Both the position numbers and the translations under genes were made by a program. Positions 32,464 through 42,367 of a stretch of 64,000 nt of DNA are shown piece after piece. The number at the start of each line of letters is the position of its first letter. The stretch's first letter is position 1. The stretch spans positions 2,144,001-2,208,000 of the forward strand of contig OZ220696.1 in the NCBI GenBank assembly GCA_965116495.1, read 5' to 3'. A model generated the notes under the pieces. It saw only the letters and a list, made by a program, of their open reading frames with translations, was not told the origin of the DNA and ran no database searches. Source of the DNA: Gammaproteobacteria bacterium. Lineage in GTDB: Bacteria > Pseudomonadota > Gammaproteobacteria > Eutrophobiales > Eutrophobiaceae.

Positions 32464-33606
32464 TTATGCGCTGGAGGTATTTGATAGCGATAATCGAAAG
32501 ATCAGGGCCAAACTTATGCCGACGCAGGCACAGCATAACCATAGTGCTGGGGCAATATTGCCTGATGAATAGACAGTTGCAACAACTGCCGGGCCGATGG
32601 CCAGCCCGATACCGACGAAACCATTGGTGCTTGCAACGAGACGACCGGTATTATCAGCGGATGCTATACATGCCAGCATGTAGGGCAACACAAAATTCCA
32701 GGCAAAATTAAACATGCACGCAGCAACCAGGTAGTCAAAGTAGGTCAGCGATGCTGTTAATAGTGCTATACCAAGAAACGTGAGAAAATGGCCGGCAATT
32801 ATCGGAAGCATTCTTCCAAACCTGGATGTCAATGCGGCTGCAAGGCCCGCGCCTGCCAAGCCTAAAAGAGAAGAAATGGCAAGTGCTGTTCCTATGCTGG
32901 CGCCACTGAACCCCGCATTGTCGCCGATTCGTTCTATGTATGCCCATACACCTGTAACGCCAATGTAGTAAACAAGCATTGCAAGCAAACCAAGTACTGC
33001 CCAGAAAAGTCGCCAGTGTTCAACAGATAAATTATTTCTGCTTTTAATGACGTGTTTTCCCTGGGCAGGAAGATATTTGACGAAAAACAGAAAAATTAAC
33101 ATTGCGAGTGCAATAGTGATGTACGCAAAACCTATCCCGAATACGGGCAGTAACCGGGAAAGTACCATTATGGATAGTGTTTGAAATAACAGGTTTCCCA
33201 TAATCAAAAATCCGAATACACGATCCGGGTCCTTCATTAAATGAATTGATACGACACATAACACCATACATGTGCCGGCACACGTGCCGGTAAATAATCT
33301 AAGCAGAAAAAATATTTCGAAATTGGTCGCAAAAACTGTACCTATATTGCCCGCGATGACACAAATCATTGCAATCCGGGCAACTGTTCGCCAGTTTACA
33401 TTCCTGACCCACCATAGCGCTGGAAGGCTGGCGAGGCCCATACCCCCAAGATCTGCAGACATTAAATAGCCAGCCTGGGCCTCGGTAAAACCCAGTTGAG
33501 ATACTAACGCGCCAACAAGTACCGGTGCCTCCAGGAGAACAGCCGCACCAAATGCACCCAGGAGCACGATAAGCACGACCGTTTTTATGCTGTTCACGTC
33601 ACTCAT
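32464..33606 (-). CDS. MFS transporter
   Basis: About 12 hydrophobic helices; WAYIERIG motif. Confidence 0.85.
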   Translation of the reverse strand: MSDVNSIKTVVLIVLLGAFGAAVLLEAPVLVGALVSQLGFTEAQAGYLMSADLGGMGLASLPALWWVRNVNWRTVARIAMICVIAGNIGTVFATNFEIFFLLRLFTGTCAGTCMVLCVVSIHLMKDPDRVFGFLIMGNLLFQTLSIMVLSRLLPVFGIGFAYITIALAMLIFLFFVKYLPAQGKHVIKSRNNLSVEHWRLFWAVLGLLAMLVYYIGVTGVWAYIERIGDNAGFSGASIGTALAISSLLGLAGAGLAAALTSRFGRMLPIIAGHFLTFLGIALLTASLTYFDYLVAACMFNFAWNFVLPYMLACIASADNTGRLVASTNGFVGIGLAIGPAVVATVYSSGNIAPALWLCCACVGISLALIFRLSLSNTSSA

Positions 33607-33693
33607 AGTTGTATTGCTTTTTGTTAATGGAAAAAGCGCATAGACGTTGTAGCCGGTTTCTATTGAGCGCCTGAATATTTCTCGAATCAGGCG

Positions 33694-35793
33694 TTAATTC
33701 CCAATGAAACGGTGCAACACGTTCCGGGTAATGCGGGCAATATCATTGTTACCATCATCAACCATCAGGCAGGGACTCCATGCCATGGAACCGGAAGAAA
33801 ATACTGCGCCGCCATTTGGCACTTCGTAGTAAGCGATATCGCAGCGAACCTCACCCAGTACCTCACCGGTACTCGGCAGGTCCTCGGGCAAATTCAAGGA
33901 AAAGCCTTCGAACTCTCTGGCGCTTGCCAGGCATACAGTAGACATCGGAGAGCCACGGCGGTAATCAACGCGATCGAATTCAAAACCGGCAGGGCCGCCC
34001 ATCAGGTCGCCGTCGGCGTAAATTCTATCGCTTTTAACACCGTCAAATATCCAGGCAAACTCCGGAAGCCTGCTTTCTTCAGTGCGGTAATAAGCTGCTG
34101 CGGGGCCGAAAACAACGCCGGAGGCGCCAACGCCCAGGAGCGCGTGGGGCTCTCTGCCCCGTGCGGCCCAGGGTCCGCAGAGACCGGCATCGGCAGCGTG
34201 AAAATACTCTCCCGGATTAGAATACCAGGGGATGATACCGGATTTCCCGCGGCGAACTTCAATCACGTTGGGGTCGAAAGGAAGTATGGATGCTACAAAG
34301 TAATACCCTTGCCCACCAAGATACATCAAACGACCACCTTCGTGTGTATAACGGGTGAGAGCATCCAGCATCTCGCGACTGCAGTATTCCGGGTGCTGGC
34401 CGGTAAGCACAACATTGTATGGTTCAAGTGCGCTCACACCTTCCCGGTGCAGATCATGGTCAGTAATGACGTCGAAGTCGATGTTGATGTGATTCAACCA
34501 ATCGGTAATGTACAGATCTGCACCCAGCTGGTGGGGGCCCTGCAGCAGCGGATGGATGTAACCAGGCCGCATGTTGACCAGGGGCCTGGACCAGCTGGAG
34601 TGGCAGCATCCCGTGCGGTCTTTGTGGATGTCATAAACACTGAGTAAACCCTGTTCAGCGGTCCATAAATCAGTTTCGCCAACAATTTCCTCAAAGGTTT
34701 TCCCGGCAATGTCTTTGATGGCGGGGTTTGGCCACCAGTGGCGTTCATTGGCGTAAGCCAGGTGGCTGAATGTAGGTAATAAAAACGCTACTTTGGCTTC
34801 AGGGCGGGCGCTGGCAGGTCGAATGACAAAGGGGATGCAGTCATAGCCGCCATTACCCTCCAGTTCTACGCCGTACATCCCCGGTGTTAAATCGTTTGGT
34901 ACTTCCCAGGTAATGAAGGGTTCCCAGTCTGCGTCGGTTAAATCATCCGAGTGAAAGGCAATGGCGCCATATTGTTCAAGTGCGTCCGTAAAGCGAATAT
35001 TGCCGCCATCCCAGTTATGCCCGGTCATCGCGCGTTGAGGGCAGTTAACCAGCTTGCCATGAAACGCATTTTTTCCGCTATCGAATACGGTATCGGAGCT
35101 TTGCGCCCGGGAAAAATCCCAGTCCGCCACCACTTCACTCTGGTTAGCGATGATCCTGGGCCGCTCAATTTTGCCGTCGAAACACGCGCTGACAGAGTCG
35201 CCTGTTAAGCATGCGGCAATACAAAAAGCAGAGCCGGGCGCAACTGGGTGACCAGCGCCGGAAAACGCCGTTTGAAAATGCTCAAGCTGATCAAATTCCA
35301 GGCTGCGCAGTACCAAATTCAACGTATTGCTATCGGCCTCGAGAAATGCTGTAACTTCAAACCACCTCAAGTCATCTACGGGCGATCGGCTACTGACAAT
35401 TACGCCTCCCCATCGAAACTCCACCAGGCCTGTTGGATTGACAAACAAACCATGGTTTCCATCCCAACACATAAGTGCTTGATCTTCACCACGCTGTGAG
35501 CCCGTTGGGCGAAAAAACAGGCTTAGTGACGGACATTCGGGTCGGGGAATAAAGTCATCAAAGCGAAGATAGCTGCCCAGGACTAAAGATTGTTCGCGCC
35601 CCGGGTAGTCGCCATTGAGACTGCTCTTAACAGGCTGGTGCAGTGTACGGGTGCGTGCCAGTTTCACCAGATGTGCAGCGAAGGTATCGGCTGGGGTGCT
35701 TGCCATAAACTGCAAGGTTCCGCCCTGTCGGACACTTGGCTTGCTACAGTAGCCGACGATTTTATCCGGGTTAATCACGGATTGTTTTAACAC
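33694..35793 (-). CDS. N,N-dimethylformamidase beta-subunit family protein
   Basis: LPTFSHLAYANE, LSVYD, DVITDHDLH, HPEY, GGRLMYLGG. Confidence 0.85.
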   Translation of the reverse strand: MLKQSVINPDKIVGYCSKPSVRQGGTLQFMASTPADTFAAHLVKLARTRTLHQPVKSSLNGDYPGREQSLVLGSYLRFDDFIPRPECPSLSLFFRPTGSQRGEDQALMCWDGNHGLFVNPTGLVEFRWGGVIVSSRSPVDDLRWFEVTAFLEADSNTLNLVLRSLEFDQLEHFQTAFSGAGHPVAPGSAFCIAACLTGDSVSACFDGKIERPRIIANQSEVVADWDFSRAQSSDTVFDSGKNAFHGKLVNCPQRAMTGHNWDGGNIRFTDALEQYGAIAFHSDDLTDADWEPFITWEVPNDLTPGMYGVELEGNGGYDCIPFVIRPASARPEAKVAFLLPTFSHLAYANERHWWPNPAIKDIAGKTFEEIVGETDLWTAEQGLLSVYDIHKDRTGCCHSSWSRPLVNMRPGYIHPLLQGPHQLGADLYITDWLNHINIDFDVITDHDLHREGVSALEPYNVVLTGQHPEYCSREMLDALTRYTHEGGRLMYLGGQGYYFVASILPFDPNVIEVRRGKSGIIPWYSNPGEYFHAADAGLCGPWAARGREPHALLGVGASGVVFGPAAAYYRTEESRLPEFAWIFDGVKSDRIYADGDLMGGPAGFEFDRVDYRRGSPMSTVCLASAREFEGFSLNLPEDLPSTGEVLGEVRCDIAYYEVPNGGAVFSSGSMAWSPCLMVDDGNNDIARITRNVLHRFIGN

Positions 35794-35846
35794 GAAATAG
35801 AAGCACTTCCCTGTGCTCGCACGTTCTCAGAACAAGTCAAATTCCG

Positions 35847-38225
35847 CTAAAAGTTATACTTTAACCGCAGGTACCACTCTGCTGGGCGGGATGCTGTAGC
35901 GATAACGGTAGCAGGGTCAGCTACGGTGGAAATACTGTAAATTTTATCAGTCAAGTTGGTGCCGCCCAGGCTGACAAGCCACTTATCGTCAGCACTGGTG
36001 TAGGTCAGACTGGCATCGAGGATGCCATAACTTTTCTGAAATGCTCTCGGGTCGTTAGCAAAATCTTTCTGCTGATCATCTGTCCAGCTGTAATCACTGC
36101 GTAAATAAAGTCGACCAGAATCATTATCAAAGAAGGTGACTGTCCCGCCTAGATGCAGAGTCATTTCTGGCGTTTGTTGAAATATAAAAGTATCTGCATT
36201 AGGGAATTCGCTAAGCATTTCAGGCGTAAAAGTTTTGTATTCCGCATCCATATATCCCAGGCTTGCCTGAATATCCAACCAATCTGTGGGCACAGCAACG
36301 ACCTCCAGTTCAACACCTTCAATCGTCGCAGTTCCGGCATTGGACAGTGTGGGAACCGTCAGCGGACCTCCCACGTCAACGTTCAGAGTTGTCTGAAAAT
36401 CTTCGTAATCAACATAGAACAGCGAGGTGTTCAGCCGCAACCTGTTGTCGAAAAACTCACCCTTCATGCCGATTTCATACGAATTTGCCGTTTCAGGGTC
36501 CGCATAACCAATAATATCGTCGCCGGTTAAACCCGGTGGTGGAACTATTGCAGGGAAGTATCGCATGGAAAAGCCGCCACCTTTGAAACCTTCCGCATAT
36601 AAGGCATACACCATCAGATCATCCGTAAATTGATAGCTCAAGCTGGCCATGGGCGTAACGCCGTCACTGGTACGCTTGTACTTGCCCGGTGGGAAAAGAT
36701 TAGTACCCAGAGGACCAAAAGCGCCGTCGAGGACATTTGTATACCCTGGAACAGGCCGCGCATCTGGGTTGGTATACCTATGTAGATGTTGCAAGGTAGG
36801 ATCAAAGCGTCGGGTTTCATCTGTGTAGCGTACGCCAGCGGTTAACGCGAGCTTATCCGTAATATCATAGGTACCCTGAGCAAACACTGCCCAACTGTTG
36901 TCGTCTATGAGACCACCGCTGTCAAAACCAAAGTCTCTGAACAAGACCGGGAAAACCTGGCGACCTTCCTCTGAACTATAATAGAAACCTGCCAGGTAAG
37001 AGAGCCGTCCAGCAAAGGCCGTGCTGGAAACCTGCAGCTCCTGGCTAAAGTTTTCCAACTCGATATCCTGTGCGATTGTGGAGAACCAGTAGGGATGTAT
37101 AGAAAGATTCTGATTCACGTCAACGTCTACCTCTCGATACGAGGTAATGGACTTCAGGTCAAAATCCCCAACGTTCCAGTCCAGGGTTAGCCCCAGGCCG
37201 CGAACGTCTGCATCCGACTGGTTCGGTCCTGACTGGGTAGTTTTTAAATCGTCAAGTCCAAATTCGTATTGCTCATTCATGCAAATCGGGTTTGAAAGCC
37301 GCGCCGCGCCTGCTGTTAACGCGCACTCACCAGTGGTAACGGAGGTGTTATTAAAAAGGCCTACTAGGGATGCGGTCTCGTCCGTTGCCAGCAGGAATTG
37401 CCCCGGTGTTTCTTCTCTGATTACAGACAGGTCAGCTGTTACTGTTGCCATCAAATCACTGGTGATATCCCACTCCAGTGCTAAACGGCCACTCATACGA
37501 TCAACATTGCCCTGGGTTTCCCCGGTGTTGGCTGCGATTTGAGGACTAACGTCAAAGCCAACGCGATCGACATGACCGTCGCGGTTTTGAGTTGACAAGG
37601 ATAAGCGGCCACGGAGAGTGTCAGTCATGGGACCCGAAACAAACAGCTTTCCATCTATACGATCATAATCGCCAAGGGTCACTTCAACGCCCCCTTCAAA
37701 CTCCTCTGTGGGTCGCTTGGAAGTAATTGAAATCGCACCACCGATCGTATTCCTGCCAAAAAGTGTCCCCTGGGGCCCGCGTAATACTTCGACCTGCTCG
37801 ACATCGACCGTATCCAGCAGAGAACCCACAGATTTACCTATGTAAACACCATCAAGGTAAACACCGACACCGGGCTCTACCGTAATAACATGGTCTGATT
37901 GACCAATGCCCCGAATATAAACCTGTGTCGATGCGCCGCCGCCAGATTCAGTTGCTACAGAGTCAAATTGTACGTTTGGCGTATATTTACCCACATCAGT
38001 TGTCCGCAGGATGCCACGTGTCTCTATTTGCTGGGCACTAAATGCAGACACAGAGATTGGTGTCTCTTGTAAGGATTCCTCCCGTCGCCTGGCGGTCACG
38101 GTTATTTCCTCTAGACCTGCTTCGCTGCCCTGGGATTGTGCGTATACGACAACGGGATACGTTCCTGGTATCGAAACGATGAACGCAACGATACCTGCGA
38201 GTGTTATCTTTTGTCGGGGTAACAT
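35847..38225 (-). CDS. TonB-dependent receptor
   Basis: EEITVTARRREESLQETP, VEVLRGPQGTLFGRN, C-terminal YNF. Confidence 0.95.
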   Translation of the reverse strand: MLPRQKITLAGIVAFIVSIPGTYPVVVYAQSQGSEAGLEEITVTARRREESLQETPISVSAFSAQQIETRGILRTTDVGKYTPNVQFDSVATESGGGASTQVYIRGIGQSDHVITVEPGVGVYLDGVYIGKSVGSLLDTVDVEQVEVLRGPQGTLFGRNTIGGAISITSKRPTEEFEGGVEVTLGDYDRIDGKLFVSGPMTDTLRGRLSLSTQNRDGHVDRVGFDVSPQIAANTGETQGNVDRMSGRLALEWDITSDLMATVTADLSVIREETPGQFLLATDETASLVGLFNNTSVTTGECALTAGAARLSNPICMNEQYEFGLDDLKTTQSGPNQSDADVRGLGLTLDWNVGDFDLKSITSYREVDVDVNQNLSIHPYWFSTIAQDIELENFSQELQVSSTAFAGRLSYLAGFYYSSEEGRQVFPVLFRDFGFDSGGLIDDNSWAVFAQGTYDITDKLALTAGVRYTDETRRFDPTLQHLHRYTNPDARPVPGYTNVLDGAFGPLGTNLFPPGKYKRTSDGVTPMASLSYQFTDDLMVYALYAEGFKGGGFSMRYFPAIVPPPGLTGDDIIGYADPETANSYEIGMKGEFFDNRLRLNTSLFYVDYEDFQTTLNVDVGGPLTVPTLSNAGTATIEGVELEVVAVPTDWLDIQASLGYMDAEYKTFTPEMLSEFPNADTFIFQQTPEMTLHLGGTVTFFDNDSGRLYLRSDYSWTDDQQKDFANDPRAFQKSYGILDASLTYTSADDKWLVSLGGTNLTDKIYSISTVADPATVIATASRPAEWYLRLKYNF

Positions 38226-38293
38226 GGTTTTGTCCTCCTCTAATAAGCTGGTTAATCTGTTAATGGCCGAATACCAATGTAAAACGCGCCGGG

Positions 38294-38572
38294 TTAGTTA
38301 CTCTGGGTTATATGATGACCATAGGGTTCGGACACCGTTACGGGCTCCCGGGACTTTTGCATCAATTTACCATCCTCGACGTCGAAGTATTCCGTCTTCG
38401 GTTCCTCCAGGGCGTCCCGGTTTTCTTCTCTGTCCACGCTATAGATGTCCCCATTCGGGCCGGTGCTTTTCGTTATGATATCATTGATTTTCCGGTAGTC
38501 TTCCCCATCAAGTGAAAAGTCGAAGACCCGCAGGTTTTCCTTGAGGCGAAGGGCATGTTGCGGTGTTTTCAC
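38294..38572 (-). pseudogene. C-terminal remnant of aldo/keto reductase
   Basis: ENLRVFDFSLDGEDYRKI..GDIYS; catalytic N-terminal part absent. Confidence 0.6.
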
Positions 38573-38742
38573 TATGCCGGTAGGTTTTTTTCTCTCCCCG
38601 GGTAATCAGGAAACGGCCGCCGCAATTAATATCGGGACAGGCGATGATGGCGTCGTGCTCATCCAGTCGTACTTGGTCGTTTCCCGGCATCACCGGCAAT
38701 AACTTCCACCTTCAGGTCATAGAGTTCATATTCGTCTTTCAA
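38570..38742 (-). pseudogene. TIGR04076-family remnant (internal deletion plus frameshift)
   Basis: YELYDLKVEV then, in shifted frames, DWMST / DAIIACPDINCGGRFLITR. Confidence 0.6.
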
Positions 38743-38939
38743 GATTGTCCCCGATTTTTAGTCTCACCGGATGGCCTTACTGATCGAATGGCCGGAACAC
38801 TTGTATGTCCACTGCTAAAAGCGTCACTTGACCAATATTAGTCATACGACACCTATTTTGCAACATAATATTACCAACCATAGTTCGCCCACAGGGCAAA
38901 GAGCTTTATCTCGGTTGAATAACGGGGGTACTTTGGGGA

Positions 38940-39578
38940 TCAGGAGGCGAGAATGGTAAGGGCTTCACGCTTGATTTTTGCAGCAATATCCTTGATCTGA
39001 TACTTCTTTTCCACACCAGGGCTGTGGACGAGAGGGGTGCCCTGCAACATGGCCAGGATCAGGGCGGATTTGTCACGCTGTTCCTTCGGCGAAAGACCCG
39101 GTGTCAGGGGTTTTACCAGGGTATAAATATAGTCACAGTAGGCGGACGTCATTTTGTCACGGCATTCCGCCGCGAATTCATCCCTTGTGGCCAGAGCCCA
39201 GAGTTCAAACTGGAAGCCCCGCACGAAGGGTGTCTCATTGTCGTGGACACTGTATTCAATAAATGCGGCGAAGCGCTCTTCTGCAGTCATATCGGGTAAA
39301 TCCACTGCTGCTTTCGCCGTCTCCAGCTCCATATCTGTCATCTGTTCAACGACGGCCAGGAACAGATCTCTTTTGGTCGGAAAATAATATTGCAGGTTTC
39401 GCAGCGTGATCCCCAGTTTTGAGGCAATATTGCGCATTGTGAAGGCGCTGTAGCCATCATAGGCAAGGACTTCCGCCGCCGTGGTGAGTATATCCTGTAA
39501 TTTTTGTCGCCCCTTTGGATATATCGCGGTCCCGGGTGACAAAGCGGATAATTTTGAAGGATCGACACGTACATTCAT
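38940..39578 (-). CDS. TetR/AcrR family regulator
   Basis: GYSAFTMRNIASKLGITLRNLQYYFPTK HTH. Confidence 0.92.
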   Translation of the reverse strand: MNVRVDPSKLSALSPGTAIYPKGRQKLQDILTTAAEVLAYDGYSAFTMRNIASKLGITLRNLQYYFPTKRDLFLAVVEQMTDMELETAKAAVDLPDMTAEERFAAFIEYSVHDNETPFVRGFQFELWALATRDEFAAECRDKMTSAYCDYIYTLVKPLTPGLSPKEQRDKSALILAMLQGTPLVHSPGVEKKYQIKDIAAKIKREALTILAS

Positions 39579-39633
39579 CGAACGATATGCTTACTTTAGC
39601 GAGACCCGCGCAGCGACGAGGCACTGGTGGACA

Positions 39634-40032
39634 TCATAGACGCCCGGAAATTGTTGTGTTATCGGTTTTGAAACCGGGAGGCTGCTTGATTAGTGACTCG
39701 GCGGGGATGCCGAGTTGCTCGTGCAGGCGCCAAATCATTTTAAGTGTGAGTGAGCGTTTACGATTCAATATCTCATAAACACGATTTCTCCTGCCGATCA
39801 TCGGCTCAAGGTCTTTTGCCGTTAATCCCTTCTGTTCCATTTCAAACCTGATGGCGGCAACTGGGTCGGGTAAGTCAAGCGGATAATGCTTATGTTCATA
39901 CGCTTCGACCAGGGTCGCCAGTACATCCAGTTTTTCACCTTCAGGTGAATCCGGTTGCGCTGACATCAGCGTTTCTATCTGTTTCAGCGCCGCCCGATAG
40001 TCGGCATCTGTTTTGATGGGTTTGACTTCCAT
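39634..40032 (-). CDS. higA: HigA-type HTH antitoxin
   Basis: PIKTDADY..YEHKHYP..PDPVAAIRF..EILNRKRSLT. Confidence 0.85.
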   Translation of the reverse strand: MEVKPIKTDADYRAALKQIETLMSAQPDSPEGEKLDVLATLVEAYEHKHYPLDLPDPVAAIRFEMEQKGLTAKDLEPMIGRRNRVYEILNRKRSLTLKMIWRLHEQLGIPAESLIKQPPGFKTDNTTISGRL

Positions 40033-40050
40033 CAGTTGTTCCTCCAGGGA

Positions 40051-40353
40051 CTAAATGATTTGTGCATCAATCCGGTTATATTGGGCATGTGTCCCGATAA
40101 ACCGTATGTAAACCACTCGGTAAGCATAATTAACCCAGACAACCAGCCGATACTTGTTGCCGGCTATATTAAACACCACTCGTCCATCCTTGAGGATACT
40201 GGCATTGCTGAAATCCTGTTTGACATCAGCCGGCGAAGTCCAATCAGCTCGTAACGCTCGTCGATACCAGGCCCTGACCGGCTCTGCCGCATCTTTGTAT
40301 GCAGGGTTTTGCTCCCAGAGCCGTTCGAGCATAGAGAGCGCTATGATCCTCAT
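40051..40353 (-). CDS. higB: HigB-type mRNA interferase toxin
   Basis: RVVFNIAGNKYRLVV..FIGTHAQY; palindrome gtcctaaattgggac upstream. Confidence 0.88.
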   Translation of the reverse strand: MRIIALSMLERLWEQNPAYKDAAEPVRAWYRRALRADWTSPADVKQDFSNASILKDGRVVFNIAGNKYRLVVWVNYAYRVVYIRFIGTHAQYNRIDAQII

Positions 40354-40413
40354 TATCCGACACCATGTCCTAAATTGGGACTATTATAATCGGTTATTCT
40401 ACATACTGCAATG

Positions 40414-40454
40414 GTTAACGGAAATCCTGTTAACGGAAATCCCTGTTAACCGAA
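40414..40454. repeat. Three direct repeats GTTAACGGAAATCC(C)T
   Basis: gttaacggaaatcct gttaacggaaatccct gttaaccgaa. Confidence 0.6.
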
Positions 40455-40526
40455 CAAGCGGTAAAACGTGTCCTGGCCTGGCAACTTTCTGAAACAATGA
40501 AACAGCAAGGCATCAGAAAAGTGGAA

Positions 40527-40547
40527 ATGGCCGGGGACGCAATAGTA
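40527..40547 (-). repeat. Degenerate tRNA-Phe 3'-end copy (att-like junction 4)
   Basis: atggccggggacgcaatagta versus tRNA end atggccagggacagaatcgaa. Confidence 0.6.
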
Positions 40548-40584
40548 AAAACTCTGATGCCACAGTGCTCCGACCCCGGAACTT

Positions 40585-41763
40585 TTAAGTGATGTGCTCG
40601 CTCATCCATTCCTTCAGCAAAGACACTGCCTGCGCCTGGTGTGCGGGCTGCTCGCGGTAGTAGTGAGTCGCGCCGTCAATCCGTTCAAAGCGCTTGTTTG
40701 GACTCCCCAGGAGTTCAAAAATTTTTCGCGGGTGTGATGCCGGCACTGCATCGTCGGCCCCATTTTCAATGACCAGGGCCGGCACGCTGATCGCAGGTGC
40801 ATTGTCTGCGCTGCGTGCGCGGCTTTTATCAAAAGACCATTGCGACATCCACGACCGCAAGGTGGTAAAGCGGGCAAGACCCACGGGTCCCGAGTTGACT
40901 GCGCGCGGGTCACCGAGGTAGCAGTGATTGGGTTCGCGCTGGTTCGGATCGACTGCAGGGTCAATCCAGCGCGGGTCGCACATCGTCCGGTGAACAATGA
41001 ATGGGCGTTCAATCGCGCCGTCGTCAGCATAGGCAAGACGATCAAGCTGTTGTTTCACGCAGGTCGTGATGCGCCGGTTGCGCGCGATCTGCGCTGATCT
41101 GAATCTGTCGAGAAACTCCGCATTGAAAGGTGGCGTGTGAGTTGTTTCCTGTGCGTAAATATCAAGCTCGGGATCGCGCGTATCCGGGTCGGATTCAATC
41201 ATGACCGAAGGGTCGAGCCACTCGGTCAACGTTTCCGCGCGGCTGAGGTGCGCGGCGATACTGAGTATCCCGTCGGCCGCCGGCAGGCCGGCTGAAGACA
41301 GATCGACAGGGTCACCCGCAGGCGTGGCGGTGACGCTGGGCGTTTCGGCCTGTGCCTGGTAGTAGATAGATAAAGAGCCGCCGCCGCTCCAACCGGCGAG
41401 TATCACGTTCTCGTAGTTCAGTTCGTCGCGTGCGAAGGTGATATGCGCGCCCAGGTCGAGCAACACCTTCTCGATTATTAGCGGCGTGTCGTTACGCAGG
41501 TAGCGGCTGTTGCAACACATGACGTGTACGCCGGCTTCAGCGAGTGCCCTGGGTAAGGGCAGGAGAGACAGCGACGACGACGGATGCATGAACAGCAACA
41601 CCGATTTGGCGGGCGCAGCGCTACGCCGCAACAGTTGACCCTCGAGGAATATGCGGCCGGCTTGACCAACGAAGCCGTAAACTTCCGTGAACAGACTCTG
41701 CTCGTTGTATGAAATCGTATAGCCGTCGCGGGCGAACGGTTCGCGCAGTACTTCTATTTGCAT
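40585..41763 (-). CDS. Alpha/beta hydrolase
   Basis: GWSGGG elbow, ADDAV, GATHYY. Confidence 0.85.
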   Translation of the reverse strand: MQIEVLREPFARDGYTISYNEQSLFTEVYGFVGQAGRIFLEGQLLRRSAAPAKSVLLFMHPSSSLSLLPLPRALAEAGVHVMCCNSRYLRNDTPLIIEKVLLDLGAHITFARDELNYENVILAGWSGGGSLSIYYQAQAETPSVTATPAGDPVDLSSAGLPAADGILSIAAHLSRAETLTEWLDPSVMIESDPDTRDPELDIYAQETTHTPPFNAEFLDRFRSAQIARNRRITTCVKQQLDRLAYADDGAIERPFIVHRTMCDPRWIDPAVDPNQREPNHCYLGDPRAVNSGPVGLARFTTLRSWMSQWSFDKSRARSADNAPAISVPALVIENGADDAVPASHPRKIFELLGSPNKRFERIDGATHYYREQPAHQAQAVSLLKEWMSEHIT

Positions 41764-41773
41764 GGACGCTTCG

Positions 41774-42274
41774 CTAAGCGGATTTAGTGCCGGCTTTGCG
41801 TGCGTTCCACTTGTCCATTTCCACTACCGCGTCCTGTGCCATCTGCGACCACATCGCCTTGGTGTCGGTGCGAACGGAAACTTCGAGGCGATGGCCGTTC
41901 GGATCGTAGAAGTACCAACTGTCGCACATGCCATGTTCCACCGGTCCCAGTACGTCGGTACCCATATCACGCAATCGCTGTGCCAGGGACGCCGCTTCCT
42001 CGTGGGAGTCGATCTCGAGAGCCAGGTGCTGCGCCCAATCCTGTTCAACTCGCGCCGCCGGACCGGCGTCTTCGAGGATGTCAAAGAAGGCGATGAAACT
42101 GCCGTCTTTCATCTCGAAGAAAATGTGGTTGTGCGGCTCGTTGCGTTGCAGTGACGGCACGTGTTCCTGGACCAGCGCGGCGGCGAACTTCAGGCCCAGG
42201 CCATCGACATAAAATTGCCGCGTCGCTTCAGCGTCGAGACAGCGATAGGCAACATGGTGAAGTTTCTTGAGCAT
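41774..42274 (-). CDS. VOC/glyoxalase family protein
   Basis: LHHVAYRC, HLAL, YFYDPNGHRLE. Confidence 0.9.
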   Translation of the reverse strand: MLKKLHHVAYRCLDAEATRQFYVDGLGLKFAAALVQEHVPSLQRNEPHNHIFFEMKDGSFIAFFDILEDAGPAARVEQDWAQHLALEIDSHEEAASLAQRLRDMGTDVLGPVEHGMCDSWYFYDPNGHRLEVSVRTDTKAMWSQMAQDAVVEMDKWNARKAGTKSA

Positions 42275-42367
42275 CCGCTTGCCTCGTCTCCAGGGTAGCT
42301 TGATAATAATGTATAAAGAGATAAATTATACAAAAATATTATCGACGGTGTGAGGATTTGACGGCAC

